From: an uncultured Actinomycetes bacterium
Lineage (GTDB): Bacteria > Actinomycetota > Thermoleophilia > Gaiellales > JALYLC01
Length of the DNA stretch: 64,000 nt
Direction of reading: 5' to 3'
Assembly (NCBI GenBank): GCA_963743275.1
Contig: CAVUPB010000011.1
Coordinates: 72,153 to 136,152 of the forward strand
Each line of letters begins with the position of its first letter. Positions within the stretch are counted from its first letter, which is position 1. Positions 8,864 through 18,858 of the stretch are shown here, piece by piece. The translations under genes and the position numbers were made by a program. A model generated the notes under the pieces. That model made no database searches, was not told where the DNA came from, and saw only the letters and a list, made by a program, of their open reading frames with translations.

Positions 8864-10606
8864 ATGATCCGTATCAGCAGGCGAAGGGCCGCCGCCGGCC
8901 TGAGCGTGCTCGCAATCGCCGCGATCGCCGCTCTCGGCTCGGTTGGCGGGGCGGCCGCGAAGCCGGCCAAGAAGGCGACGCCGAGCGCCCTCTCTCGTCC
9001 CGACACGCTGTATACGACGGGCACGCAGTGGGGGACGTACAGCGATCTCAACCCGTTCAAGACCTGGGATTACGTCCCGGGCGTGATGGGTCTCGTGTAC
9101 GAGCCGCTCTTCAACTACGACCCGCTCAAGGACAAGTACACGCCGTGGCTCGCCACCAAGGGCAGCTGGGTGAAGAAGAACGTCTACCGCGCGACCATTC
9201 GCACCGGGGTGTCCTGGAGCGACGGCAAGCCGCTCACGCCCGCGGACGTGAAGTTCTCGTTCGAGACGGGCAAGATCCCGACGGCGACGTTCCATCAGCT
9301 CTGGGCGAGCGGTCTCAAGACCATCAAGGTGTCCGGTAACAACGTGACGTTCACGTTCGGGACGACGCCGAACTACCAGGAGTTCAACGGCTACCTCTAC
9401 AACATCCCGATCGTCCCGAAGCACATCTGGAGCGCGTACAGCCCGACCACGATCACGAGCGGCAACGTCGCGAACACGAAGAAGATGGTCGGCACGGGCC
9501 CGTACACCTACGGCACCGGACTGAACTCCAAGCAGAGCTTCACCTGGAAGAAGCGCAGCGGCTGGTGGGCCACGGGCGTCTACGGCCTCGACCCCAAGCC
9601 GCAGAACATCGTCGATATCTTCAACGGCAGCAACAACGCGTCGCTCGCGAACCTGCTGGCGGGGAACATCGACCTCAGCAACAACTTCGTCCCCGGCATC
9701 AACAAGCAGGTCGGATCGAAGATCCGCACGTACTATCCGAGCGCGCCCTACATGCTCTCGGGCAACACGGCCTGGCTGGTGCCGAACACGACGAAGGCAC
9801 CGCTCAACGACCCGCAGTTCCGGCGCGCGCTGGCCGAGTCCATCGACGTCGGCAAGATCGTCGAGTCCGACTACGGCCACATCGTCTCGCCGGCCAACCC
9901 GACCGGGCTCCTGCCCGTCTGGTCGAAGTACATCGACAAGGCGATGGTGCAGCAGTACGGGTTCTCGTATGACGTCGGCAAGGCCAAGGCGGCGCTCGCG
10001 GCCGCCGGCTACAAGGACACGAACGGCGACGGGTACGTCGAGAACAAGGACGGCTCGGCGATCAACCTCAGCCTGATCGTCCCGAACGGCTGGTCGGACT
10101 GGATGACCGCGATCCAGATCATCGCCGACAGCGCGAAGGACGCCGGCATCAAGATCACCCCGGCGTTCCCCGACTACAACACGCTGGTCGACGACCGCGG
10201 CCACGGCAACTTCGACCTGGTCATCAACAACGACCAGCAGATCGGCAACACGCCGTGGACGTACTACAACTACATCTTCCGCCTGCCGCTGTCCGACAAC
10301 CAGACGACGGTCAACTACGAGCGCTACGAGAACCCGGCCGCCTGGTCGCTCACGCAGAAGCTCGACAAGGTCAACGACGTGGCCTCGATCAAGAAGATCA
10401 CGTCGCAGCTGCAGGGCATCTTCCTGCAGGACCTGCCGGTGATCCCGCTCTGGTACAACGGCATCTGGGCCCAGTGGAACACGTCGCACTGGAAGGCCTG
10501 GCCCGCGTCCTCGGGCAGCGGCTCGCAGCACCTCCCGGCGCTGTGGCGCGGCTACCTGCAGATGGGCGGCATCCACATGCTCTCGGACCTGCAGCCGGTC
10601 AAGTAG
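8864..10606 (+). CDS. ABC transporter substrate-binding protein, family 5 (Opp/Dpp type), probably oligosaccharide-binding
   Basis: 580 aa with an N-terminal signal-like MIRISRRRAAAGLSVLAIAAIAALG and SD CAGGAGGA upstream. Family-5 SBP-like sequence throughout. Confidence 0.85.
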   Translation: MIRISRRRAAAGLSVLAIAAIAALGSVGGAAAKPAKKATPSALSRPDTLYTTGTQWGTYSDLNPFKTWDYVPGVMGLVYEPLFNYDPLKDKYTPWLATKGSWVKKNVYRATIRTGVSWSDGKPLTPADVKFSFETGKIPTATFHQLWASGLKTIKVSGNNVTFTFGTTPNYQEFNGYLYNIPIVPKHIWSAYSPTTITSGNVANTKKMVGTGPYTYGTGLNSKQSFTWKKRSGWWATGVYGLDPKPQNIVDIFNGSNNASLANLLAGNIDLSNNFVPGINKQVGSKIRTYYPSAPYMLSGNTAWLVPNTTKAPLNDPQFRRALAESIDVGKIVESDYGHIVSPANPTGLLPVWSKYIDKAMVQQYGFSYDVGKAKAALAAAGYKDTNGDGYVENKDGSAINLSLIVPNGWSDWMTAIQIIADSAKDAGIKITPAFPDYNTLVDDRGHGNFDLVINNDQQIGNTPWTYYNYIFRLPLSDNQTTVNYERYENPAAWSLTQKLDKVNDVASIKKITSQLQGIFLQDLPVIPLWYNGIWAQWNTSHWKAWPASSGSGSQHLPALWRGYLQMGGIHMLSDLQPVK

Positions 10607-10721
10607 CAGGCCTGCCGGCACATCGCCGAGTGAACTCCGCCCCTTCCACCGGTAGTCTCGGCGGGAGGGGCGGAGGTGCGTACGCCCGGCGGGCCGCGGT
10701 CGCGAGAATGGAGGAGCGTCG

Positions 10722-11711
10722 ATGAGGAACTACTTCGCGCGCAAGCTGCTGACCTACGCCCTCACGTTCTTCGTCGCGGTCAGCGTCGACTGGGCGATCC
10801 CGCGCTTCATGCCGGGCGATCCGGTGCAGGGGCTCATCTCGCGCATGCAGGCGCAGCCGGAGTCGTCGCAGGCGCTGACCGGCTACTACACGAAGGCCTT
10901 CGGCCTCGACGTGCCGGTCTGGAAGCAGTACCTCAACTTCTGGGGCGCGCTGCTGCACGGCGATCTCGGCGTGAGCATCTGGCAGTACCCTCGCCCGGTG
11001 ACCGATCTCATCGTGGAAGCCGCGCCGTACACGCTCGCGCTGCTCCTGCCGGCGATCCTGCTCAGCTTCTACGCCGGCAACAAGGTGGGGGCGATGGCGG
11101 CGCGCCGCAAGCTGCTCGACAACACCGTGCTGCCCATCGGCTACGTGCTCACGGCGACGCCGTACATGTGGCTGGCGATCGTCTTCGCCTACGTCTTCGG
11201 CTCGGTCCTGCGCGTGCTGCCGATCTCCGGCGCGTACAGCTACTCGCTCCAGCCGGCGTGGACGTTCGAGTTCGCGCAGAGCTTCCTGAGATACTGGCTG
11301 CTGCCGTTCTCGTCGCTCTTCCTCGTCGGCTTCGGCGGCTGGGCGATCGGGATGCGCAACATGATCATCTACGAGCTCGAGGCCGACTACGCCCACTATC
11401 TCGAGGCGCTCGGCGCGCCGCGGCGCCTCGTCCGGCGCTACGCCTACCGCAACGCGCTCCTGCCCCAGATCACGGGGCTCGCGCTGGCGCTCGGCGCCGT
11501 CCTCGCCGGCGCGCTCGTGACCGAGGTCGTCTTCAACTACCCGGGCGTCGGCAGCCTCGTGCTGACGGCGATCCAGAACCGCGACTACTTCCTGCTGCAG
11601 GGCATCTTCCTGTGCATCATCGTCGGCGTGCTGATCGCGAACTTCATCGTCGACATCGCGTACGTGCTGATCGACCCCCGCACGCGCACCGGCATGCAGG
11701 GGCACTCGTGA
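10722..11711 (+). CDS. ABC transporter permease (DppB/OppB-like)
   Basis: 329 aa, multi-TM, with the conserved loop ELEADYAHYLEALGAPRRLVRRYAYRNALLP. Confidence 0.85.
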   Translation: MRNYFARKLLTYALTFFVAVSVDWAIPRFMPGDPVQGLISRMQAQPESSQALTGYYTKAFGLDVPVWKQYLNFWGALLHGDLGVSIWQYPRPVTDLIVEAAPYTLALLLPAILLSFYAGNKVGAMAARRKLLDNTVLPIGYVLTATPYMWLAIVFAYVFGSVLRVLPISGAYSYSLQPAWTFEFAQSFLRYWLLPFSSLFLVGFGGWAIGMRNMIIYELEADYAHYLEALGAPRRLVRRYAYRNALLPQITGLALALGAVLAGALVTEVVFNYPGVGSLVLTAIQNRDYFLLQGIFLCIIVGVLIANFIVDIAYVLIDPRTRTGMQGHS

Positions 11712-12661
11712 GCGGCGCGCCGGCAGGGCGCTCCGGGGCCGACGTCGCGCTGCCCGTCGAGTCCGCCGCGAGCGGCGCCGCGCCGGCGCCGCTGGCCGCA
11801 CCGCCTGCGCATCGCGTGCCTCGCCACGAGATCCTGCGCGTCGCGTTCGGGAATCCGAAGCTGATGATCGGCGCAGGACTCGTCCTGGCGATGCTGGTGC
11901 TCGCCATCATCGGGCCGTTCCTCACGGACGAGTCGCCGCTCAGGTTCGGCGCCGACCTCGGTGTGCGCCCATCCTCCGCGCACTGGTTCGGCACGACCAC
12001 GAACGGGCAGGACGTCTTCGCGCAGTTCGTCTACGGCCTGCGGGCGAGCTTCATCGTGGGCACGCTCGGCGGCGGCCTGGCCGCGCTCATCGGCATGGCC
12101 GTGGGGTTCACCGCCGGCTACCGCGGCGGCATCGTCGACGAGATCCTCTCGATGCTCACGAACGTCGTGCTCGTCATCCCGACGCTCGCGGTCCTGATCA
12201 CGATCGCCGCCTACGTGACCACGCGCGGGTTCGTGACCGAGGCGCTCTTCATCGGGGCCACGTCGTGGCCGTGGGCCGCGCGCGCGGTGCGCGCGCAGAC
12301 GTTCTCGCTCGTCTCGCGCGACTTCATCGACATCGCGCGCCTGAGCGGGCGGCGGAGCTGGAAGATCATCGCCACCGAGATCGCGCCCAACATGGGCTCC
12401 TACCTGCTGATGATGTTCATCCTGCTCTTCGGCGGGGCGATCCTGATCGGCGCGACGCTCGACTTCATCGGCCTCGGTCCCTCGAATGCGATGTCACTCG
12501 GGCTGATGATGAACAACGCCGTGCTCTGGAGCGCGCTGCTGCTCGGCTCGTGGTGGTGGTTCATCCCGCCGGGCCTCGGCATCATCGGCATCGTCGGCGG
12601 TCTCTACGTGATGAACGTCGGGCTCGACGAGGTCTTCAACCCCAAGCTCCGGGACATGTGA
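11708..12661 (+). CDS. ABC transporter permease (DppC/OppC-like)
   Basis: GTG 11708 overlaps the upstream stop (GTGA). TM-rich sequence with DFIDIARLSGRRSWKIIATEIAPNM. The N-terminal part of ORF 10676..12661 is a shadow. Confidence 0.8.
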   Translation: MSGAPAGRSGADVALPVESAASGAAPAPLAAPPAHRVPRHEILRVAFGNPKLMIGAGLVLAMLVLAIIGPFLTDESPLRFGADLGVRPSSAHWFGTTTNGQDVFAQFVYGLRASFIVGTLGGGLAALIGMAVGFTAGYRGGIVDEILSMLTNVVLVIPTLAVLITIAAYVTTRGFVTEALFIGATSWPWAARAVRAQTFSLVSRDFIDIARLSGRRSWKIIATEIAPNMGSYLLMMFILLFGGAILIGATLDFIGLGPSNAMSLGLMMNNAVLWSALLLGSWWWFIPPGLGIIGIVGGLYVMNVGLDEVFNPKLRDM

Positions 12662-13614
12662 CCGTGACGCTCCGCGTCGATGAGCTCCGGGTCTTCTACC
12701 GCAGCGTCGCGGGCGACGTGCAGGCGCTCGACGGTGCCAGCTTCGAGATCGCCGACGGCGAGATCATGGGGCTCGCCGGCGAGTCGGGCTGCGGCAAGTC
12801 GACGCTCGGCAAGAGCATCGTCCGGCTCGACCGCCGCATGCGCTACGTCAGCGGATCCGTCGAGCTCGACGGCGACGAGCTCCCGATCTGGGACGACCAC
12901 GAGATGAATCGCTTCCGCTTCGCGCGCGTCTCGATCGTCCCGCAGTACGCCATGAGCGCGATGAACCCGACGCGCAAGATCGGGCGCATGATCCACGAGC
13001 TGCTCGACTCGCGCGGGGTGCGCTACCACGACGTGCTGCCGGAGCTGAAGCGGCGCCTCGAGCTCGTCGGCCTCTCCGAGGACGTCTTGCACCGCTACCC
13101 GATCGAGCTCTCGGGCGGCATGAAGCAGCGCTCGGTGATCGTCATCTCGACGCTGCTCGACCCGTCGCTGCTGATCGCCGACGAGGTCACCTCGGCGCTC
13201 GACGTCTCGACCCAGAAGGCGGTCGCCCAGACGCTCGTGGCCTTCCGCGAGCACGGCTTCGTCAAGAGCATGATCGTGATCACCCACGACATCTCCGTGC
13301 TCGCGCAGATCGCCGACACGATCCTCGTCATGTACGCCGGCAAGCTCGCGGAGAAGGCACCGACCGCGACGATCGTCGAGGCCCCGCAGCACCCCTACAC
13401 GCGGCTCCTGCTCTCGTCGCTGCCCGAGGTCGGCGTGCGCTACGAGGAGCACAAGCTGAGCGGCATCCCGGGGACGCCGCCTTCGCTCCTGGACCCGCCG
13501 ACCGGCTGCCGGTTCCGCGCCCGCTGCCCGCTCGCGTTCGAGCGCTGCGCCGAGGAGCCGCCCTTCCGCGAGATCGCGCCGGGCCACAGCGTGGCCTGCT
13601 GGGCGGTGGGGTGA
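12658..13614 (+). CDS. ABC transporter ATP-binding protein (DppD/OppD-like)
   Basis: GTG overlaps the permease stop. Walker A GESGCGKST, signature LSGGMKQR and a C-terminal oligopeptide-type extension (CRFRARCP). Confidence 0.85.
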   Translation: MTVTLRVDELRVFYRSVAGDVQALDGASFEIADGEIMGLAGESGCGKSTLGKSIVRLDRRMRYVSGSVELDGDELPIWDDHEMNRFRFARVSIVPQYAMSAMNPTRKIGRMIHELLDSRGVRYHDVLPELKRRLELVGLSEDVLHRYPIELSGGMKQRSVIVISTLLDPSLLIADEVTSALDVSTQKAVAQTLVAFREHGFVKSMIVITHDISVLAQIADTILVMYAGKLAEKAPTATIVEAPQHPYTRLLLSSLPEVGVRYEEHKLSGIPGTPPSLLDPPTGCRFRARCPLAFERCAEEPPFREIAPGHSVACWAVG

Positions 13615-13618
13615 GCCG

Positions 13619-14518
13619 ATGCTGACGCTGGAGCGGGTTTCCAAGACCTACCGCGTCGGCGCCTTCGGCGGCCAGCGCCTGCGCGCCGTCGACGCGGTGA
13701 ACTTCGAGGTCAAGCCCGGCGAGATCGTCTCGCTGATCGGCGAGAGCGGCAGCGGCAAGAGCACGATCGGCCGCCTGATCCTGCGCCTCCTGCCCGTCAC
13801 GGAGGGCGCGATCCACTTCGACGGCACGGACGTCTCGGCGCTCGGGCGCGGGCCGCTCAAGGAGTACTACCGCCACGTGCAGGGCGTCTTCCAGGACCCC
13901 TTCAGCGCCTGCAACCCGATGTTCCGCGTCGACCGCGTGTTCTCGATGATCCACACGGAGTACTTCCCGGGCGTCGCGCAGACGGAATGGCGCGCACGGG
14001 TCGACGCCGCCCTCGACTCGGTCCGGCTCGACCCGGAGCAGGTGCTCGGCAAGTACCCGCACCAGCTGAGCGGCGGCCAGCTCCAGCGCCTCTTCATCGC
14101 GCGCGCGCTGACGCTCGACGTGCGGCTGCTCGTGGCCGACGAGATCATCAGCATGCTCGACGCCTCGACGCGCATCGACGTGCTCAACCTGCTCGCGTCC
14201 CTCAAGGAACGCGGCCTCGGCGTGCTCTTCATCACGCACGATCTCTCGCTCGGCAACTACATCAGCGACCGCACGCTGATCCTCTATCGCGGCCGCGTGG
14301 TCGAGATGGGGGACACGCGCAAGGTGTTCGCCAATCCGCAGCACCCCTACACGCGCATGCTGATCGCCTCCGTGCCCCATCTCCACGAGAAGTGGAAGCG
14401 CGACGACGCCGGCGACGCCTGGCGAGCCGCGGCTGCGCTCCCGCATCCGGACACGATCGCACCCGAGCTCGTCGAGGTCGAGCCGGGGCACTTCGCAGCC
14501 GGGGTCGCCGGGGCCTGA
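13619..14518 (+). CDS. ABC transporter ATP-binding protein (DppF/OppF-like)
   Basis: Walker [10 protein letters not shown], signature LSGGQLQR and Walker B LLVADE. Confidence 0.9.
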   Translation: MLTLERVSKTYRVGAFGGQRLRAVDAVNFEVKPGEIVSLIGESGSGKSTIGRLILRLLPVTEGAIHFDGTDVSALGRGPLKEYYRHVQGVFQDPFSACNPMFRVDRVFSMIHTEYFPGVAQTEWRARVDAALDSVRLDPEQVLGKYPHQLSGGQLQRLFIARALTLDVRLLVADEIISMLDASTRIDVLNLLASLKERGLGVLFITHDLSLGNYISDRTLILYRGRVVEMGDTRKVFANPQHPYTRMLIASVPHLHEKWKRDDAGDAWRAAAALPHPDTIAPELVEVEPGHFAAGVAGA

Positions 14519-14562
14519 CAGGCGCCTGCGAGGGTCGCGGGCGACGCGGCCGGCGTGCGTGC

Positions 14563-14589
14563 TCAATAGCGGTGCTGAGCTGTCGATTA
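14563..14589 (+). promoter_or_regulatory. Sigma-28 (FliA)-type promoter for the fliJ operon
   Basis: TCAA-N15-GTCGATTA, 31 nt upstream of the fliJ ATG. Confidence 0.5.
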
Positions 14590-14620
14590 CGGAACCGGCC
14601 ACGCGTCCCGGCCCTCGATC

Positions 14621-15070
14621 ATGCCCAGTCGCCGCTTCACCTTCAGCCTCGAGTCGATCCGCAGCGTGCGCCAGCACACGGAGCTCGTCGCCATGCGCCA
14701 GCTCGCCTACGAGCTCGATCGCGCCGCGCAGCTGCACGCAGAGCTCGGCAGCGCCGAGGCCCGCCTGAACGACGCGTGCGCCGCGCCGGTCGAGGTCTCG
14801 ACCGCGCGCGATCTGTCTGCGCGCCACGTCTATCGCGAGCAGCGCAAGCGGGAGCTCGGCGACGCGCGGCAACGTGCCGACGTGCAGGCCGGGCACGTCG
14901 CGACGGGACGGGCGCAGCTCGTGTCCGCCACCCGCGATCGCGAGACGCTCGACAGGCTCGAGGGCCGCCAGCGCGCGGCGCACGACATCCTCGAGCGGCG
15001 CGCCGAGCGCACCCACGCCGACGAGGTGTCGCTGGCGATGCGCCGGCTGCACCTGGGGGGCTCCGCGTGA
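14621..15070 (+). CDS. fliJ: Flagellar export chaperone FliJ
   Basis: 149-aa coiled-coil protein starting [28 protein letters not shown], with size and position typical of FliJ. Confidence 0.7.
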   Translation: MPSRRFTFSLESIRSVRQHTELVAMRQLAYELDRAAQLHAELGSAEARLNDACAAPVEVSTARDLSARHVYREQRKRELGDARQRADVQAGHVATGRAQLVSATRDRETLDRLEGRQRAAHDILERRAERTHADEVSLAMRRLHLGGSA

Positions 15071-15639
15071 GCCTCGAATCCGTGCTGGCGCGCATCGAGG
15101 CGCTCGTTCCCTCGACCCCGCCCGTCGCGGCGACGGCGCCCGTCCCGGCGGCGACGACCCCCGCTGCGTTCGCGACCGCGCTCTCCCAGGCGTCTGCCGC
15201 TCAGGCTCCGGCCGCGGCTGCGACGGGCGACCAGGCTGCCGCGCCCTACCTTGCTGCGATCCGGAAGGCCGGTGCCGCTCACGGCGTCGACCCGCTCCTG
15301 CTCCAGGCCGTGATCGCCCAGGAATCGGGCTTCAACCCGAAGGCGACGAGCCCGGCCGGCGCGCAGGGCCTGATGCAGCTGATGCCCGGGACCGCGGCCG
15401 GTCTCGGCGTGACCGATCCGTACGACCCGCTGCAGTCGATCGACGCCGGCGCTCGCTATCTGAGCAACGACCTGGCGCGCTTCGGCGGCGATCCCAAGCT
15501 CGCCCTCGCGGCCTACAACGCCGGCGCAGGCGCGGTCGAGCGCTACGGCGGCGTGCCGCCGTACGCCGAGACCCAGAACTACGTCCAGAAGGTGCTGGCC
15601 CACTACGAGCGCTTGCAGACCCAGGGGAGCGCACCATGA
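15067..15639 (+). CDS. Lytic transglycosylase (SLT domain), flagellum-associated
   Basis: GTG overlaps the fliJ stop. SLT catalytic region [33 protein letters not shown]...AYNAGAGAV. Confidence 0.8.
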   Translation: MSLESVLARIEALVPSTPPVAATAPVPAATTPAAFATALSQASAAQAPAAAATGDQAAAPYLAAIRKAGAAHGVDPLLLQAVIAQESGFNPKATSPAGAQGLMQLMPGTAAGLGVTDPYDPLQSIDAGARYLSNDLARFGGDPKLALAAYNAGAGAVERYGGVPPYAETQNYVQKVLAHYERLQTQGSAP

Positions 15640-17060
15640 GCGACCTCATGACCGCGGCGCCTCCGGCGACCGCGCCGGGGCCGGCGATCGCCCCGGAACC
15701 CGCGTCTCCGCCGGGCGGGGCGCCACCCGGAGCCAGCTTCGCGGAGGCGCTCGTCACGGCCGGCCACGGGCCACCGGAGACAGGCACCGAACCAGGCACC
15801 CGGACCGCTGTTGCGGAAGGTGCGAAGGGCGAGAGCGACTCTCTCGGCCCTGAGGACTCGGACACGCTCACGGCGCCTGCCGTGACGGCGGACGCGTCCG
15901 CGGCGCTCGCGGCCGCGGCGCTGGTCGCCGTACCCGCCACACCCGTTGCGGGCACCGATCCCGCGGCAGCGGCCTCGGCTGAGGGAGCCGGCCAGGCCGC
16001 CCCGGCAGGTGCAGCCACGCCCGGCCAGGCTGCCGGGCCGCCGGTCGCGGCCGTCGCTGCGCCCGCCGGCGCGGACGTGCAGCCGGTCGAGCAGCCGCCG
16101 GTCCCGGCAGGCGCCCGCGCGGACGCACCGGTCGCAGACTCCGCGAGCGGCGTGGCGCCCGGCGCCGTGCGACCGCCGGTGACCCCTGAGGCCCCGGCCG
16201 CCCCGGCCGCCCCGGCCGCGGGGCCTGCCGCCGCCGCGCCTGCGGTCGCGCCGGATCCGCCCGTCTCCCCGGCGCTGCGGGACGCCGTCGCTCCCGTCAC
16301 GCCGGCGGAACCGGCAGGTGCGAACGGGCCGGTCGCGCCGAACGGGCCGGTCGCGCCGGACACGGCGAAGACGTCCGCCGTGCCGCACGCGCCGAACACG
16401 CCGGCCGCAGCGGTCGCCGGGCCCCCCGCCGCCGCGCCTGCGGCGCAGACGGATCAGCCCGCCCCGGCGGCGGCGGAGACGACGCCCGCGTCCGCGCGGC
16501 CGGTGCCCGCGGACCCGGCCCCGGCCCCGGCGGCTCCCGATCAGGCTGCGACCCCGCCGCTCGCACCGGCGCTGGCGCCGCGGGCCGAGACGTCCGCGGC
16601 CGTGCGTCCCGTCGTTCCGCCTCCGGCCCCGCCGCCGGCTGCGCCCGTGCCCCTGCGCGAGCTCGCGCACGCGGCCGGCGCGGCGATCCGGTTCACGGCC
16701 GGGCAGGGCGGCGGCAGCGCGCGCATCGTCCTCCATCCGCAGGATCTCGGCTCCGTCGAGATCCGCCTGCGCGCAACGGCGGACGGCATCTCGGCCACGC
16801 TGCGCGCCGACAGCCCGCAGGCCGCCCAGACCCTCAGCCTCGCGAGCGACGAGCTGCGCCGGTCGCTCGAGGAGCAGGGGCTGCCCGTGCTGAGCCTGGA
16901 TGTCTCGGACGGCAGTCGCAAGCAGGCCGCGCACGACGACCCGGAGTCGGCCGCCCGCGGGCGCCTCGACGCCGAGGAGGGCGCCGAGGAGGACGGGAGC
17001 GCAGACGGCGGCCCGCTCCGGCGGCCCGAGGCCGGAAGCCAGATCGACGTACTCGCGTAA
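15636..17060 (+). CDS. fliK: Flagellar hook-length control protein FliK (Pro/Ala-rich)
   Basis: ATGA overlap with the upstream stop. C-terminal Flg_hook-type domain [40 protein letters not shown] preceded by about 300 aa of P/A-rich spacer. Confidence 0.8.
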   Translation: MSDLMTAAPPATAPGPAIAPEPASPPGGAPPGASFAEALVTAGHGPPETGTEPGTRTAVAEGAKGESDSLGPEDSDTLTAPAVTADASAALAAAALVAVPATPVAGTDPAAAASAEGAGQAAPAGAATPGQAAGPPVAAVAAPAGADVQPVEQPPVPAGARADAPVADSASGVAPGAVRPPVTPEAPAAPAAPAAGPAAAAPAVAPDPPVSPALRDAVAPVTPAEPAGANGPVAPNGPVAPDTAKTSAVPHAPNTPAAAVAGPPAAAPAAQTDQPAPAAAETTPASARPVPADPAPAPAAPDQAATPPLAPALAPRAETSAAVRPVVPPPAPPPAAPVPLRELAHAAGAAIRFTAGQGGGSARIVLHPQDLGSVEIRLRATADGISATLRADSPQAAQTLSLASDELRRSLEEQGLPVLSLDVSDGSRKQAAHDDPESAARGRLDAEEGAEEDGSADGGPLRRPEAGSQIDVLA

Positions 17061-17078
17061 TCGAAGGGAAGCGACCGT

Positions 17079-17492
17079 ATGACAGCCATGCCAGCCCTCA
17101 GCTCGACCGCAACGACCCCGACCGCCGCGCCGGTGAACGCCAACGCGGCGCTCGGGCAGAACGACTTCCTCATGCTGCTGGTCGCCCAGCTCAAGTACCA
17201 GGATCCGATGAAGCCGGCCGATTCGACCCAGTTCATGGGGGAGATGGCCCAGTTCTCGACCGTGCAGGGCGTCACCAGCATGGGCACGACGCTGGCGGCG
17301 ATGAGCCACGCAAGCGACGTCTCCCAGGGGATCGCGCTGATCGGCAAGACCGTCAGCTACCTGGCCCCCGACGGCACGACCGCCTCGGGCACCGTCGGCT
17401 CCGTCTCGTCGGCCGACAGCGGCGTGACGCTCCACCTCGCGGCCGGGGACGTCGCCCTCAAGGACGTGCTGGGGGTGAGCGCCGGTGGCTGA
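17079..17492 (+). CDS. flgD: Flagellar hook capping/assembly protein FlgD
   Basis: LGQNDFLMLLVAQLKYQDPMKPADSTQFMGEMAQFSTVQG is the canonical FlgD N-terminal motif. Confidence 0.9.
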   Translation: MTAMPALSSTATTPTAAPVNANAALGQNDFLMLLVAQLKYQDPMKPADSTQFMGEMAQFSTVQGVTSMGTTLAAMSHASDVSQGIALIGKTVSYLAPDGTTASGTVGSVSSADSGVTLHLAAGDVALKDVLGVSAGG

Positions 17493-17871
17493 CCCGCTGC
17501 TCCCCGCCGAGGTCGGCAAGGTCGGCCCGCAGCACCTTCCCCGGCAGGCCGCCGCGGCGCCTGCGCGCCCGGGCGGCCCCGCGTTCGCGGACGTGCTGGC
17601 CAAGCGGCTCGAGGCTGCACCGCTGCGCTTCAGCGGGCACGCGCTGCAGCGGCTCGAGCGCCGCGGCATCAGCGTCGACGCGGCCGTGATGGCGCGCCTC
17701 GGCGATGGCGTCGCACGCGCCGCGGCCAAGGGCTCGCGCGACGCGGTCGTGCTCGTCGATCAGACGGCGTTCGTCGTCTCCGTCCCCAACCGAACCGTCA
17801 TCACGGCCGTCGACCGCGACCACATGCGCGAGCACGTGTTCACGAACATCGACAGCGCAGTCATCACGTAG
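17485..17871 (+). CDS. Flagellar operon protein of the TIGR02530 type (found between flgD and flgE in Firmicutes and spirochetes)
   Basis: 128 aa. RFSGHALQRLERRGISV matches the FSxHAxxRLxxRxI motif I recall for this family. GTG start overlaps the flgD end. Confidence 0.6.
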   Translation: MADPLLPAEVGKVGPQHLPRQAAAAPARPGGPAFADVLAKRLEAAPLRFSGHALQRLERRGISVDAAVMARLGDGVARAAAKGSRDAVVLVDQTAFVVSVPNRTVITAVDRDHMREHVFTNIDSAVIT

Positions 17872-17937
17872 ATCCCGTCAACCGCCAAGGCCGGACCCCG
17901 AGGGGAAGCCGCGGCAACGAAAGCCAGGAGCCCGGAA

Positions 17938-18798
17938 ATGATGCGAGGAATGTTCGCCGCGATCAGCGGCCTGCAGGTCCACCAGACGATGCTCGACGTC
18001 GTCGCCAACGACATCGCCAACACCAACACCGTCGGCTACAAGAGCGAGCAGACGACCTTCAAGGACGCGCTCTCGCAGACCACGCGCGGCGCCAGCGGCG
18101 GCACGACCACCCTCGGTGGCACGAACGCCATCCAGATCGGCCTCGGCGTCCAGCTCGGCTCGATCTCGAACCACATGGACCCCGGGGCGGTCCAGCAGAC
18201 CGGCGGCCCGCTCGACATGGCGATCCAGGGCGACGGGTTCTTCCGGGTCGGGGACGCCGCGGCGATCGCGGGCACCGGTGCCGTCTCGTACACGCGCGCC
18301 GGCAACTTCACCCTCGACGCCGGCGGCAGCCTCGTCACCCAGGACGGCGCGTTCGTGATCGGCTACCTGCCGACGACGCCCGCCACCCCGGCCGGCTACG
18401 CGAACCCGGCCAACCAGACCAAGCTCACCGTGCCGACGGGCGGCAAGTCGGTCTCGATCCAGTCCGACGGCACCGTGACCTACGTCGACTCGGCCGGCGT
18501 CCTGCAGACGCTCGGCACGATCAGCATGGCCAAGTTCCCGAACGCCGCGGGCGTCGAGCGGATCTCGGGGAACCTGTTCCAGGCCTCGAACAACTCCGGC
18601 GCGGCCGTGGCCGCGGTGCCGGGCGACGCGACCACGGGCATGGGCACGCTCGCGGTCGGCGCGGTCGAGATGTCGAACGTCGACCTCGCCCAGGAGTTCA
18701 CGCGCATGATCACGGCCCAGCGTGGCTACGAGGCCAACAGCCGCATCATCTCGACGGCCGACCAGATGCTCCAGAACCTGGTCAACATCGGTCGCTGA
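17938..18798 (+). CDS. flgE: Flagellar hook protein FlgE (short form, 286 aa)
   Basis: N-terminal MFAAISGLQVHQTMLDVVANDIANTNTVGYK and C-terminal LAQEFTRMITAQRGYEANSRIISTADQMLQNLVNI. Confidence 0.9.
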   Translation: MMRGMFAAISGLQVHQTMLDVVANDIANTNTVGYKSEQTTFKDALSQTTRGASGGTTTLGGTNAIQIGLGVQLGSISNHMDPGAVQQTGGPLDMAIQGDGFFRVGDAAAIAGTGAVSYTRAGNFTLDAGGSLVTQDGAFVIGYLPTTPATPAGYANPANQTKLTVPTGGKSVSIQSDGTVTYVDSAGVLQTLGTISMAKFPNAAGVERISGNLFQASNNSGAAVAAVPGDATTGMGTLAVGAVEMSNVDLAQEFTRMITAQRGYEANSRIISTADQMLQNLVNIGR

Positions 18799-18808
18799 TA
18801 GCCGATAA
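18782..18808 (+). promoter_or_regulatory. Sigma-28-type promoter overlapping the flgE stop
   Basis: TCAA-N15-GCCGATAA, with the -10 element starting 3 nt after the flgE TGA. Confidence 0.45.
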
Positions 18809-18810
18809 CC

Positions 18811-18844
18811 CGATGGCGGCGGGCGTTTCCGCCCGCCGCCATCG
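18811..18844 (+). terminator. Perfect 15-bp GC-rich stem-loop between flgE and flbD: an attenuator, an I-shaped terminator or an mRNA stabiliser
   Basis: CGATGGCGGCGGGCG-TTTC-CGCCCGCCGCCATCG. No U-tract follows. Confidence 0.5.
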
Positions 18845-18858
18845 AACCGGTCTTCACC

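Noticed and set aside
15700-16640. Pro/Ala-rich repeats ([31 protein letters not shown]) inside fliK considered as a separate repeat element or a collagen-like gene
   Set aside because: This is low-complexity spacer typical of the FliK molecular-ruler region. It is continuous with a bona fide FliK C-terminal domain.
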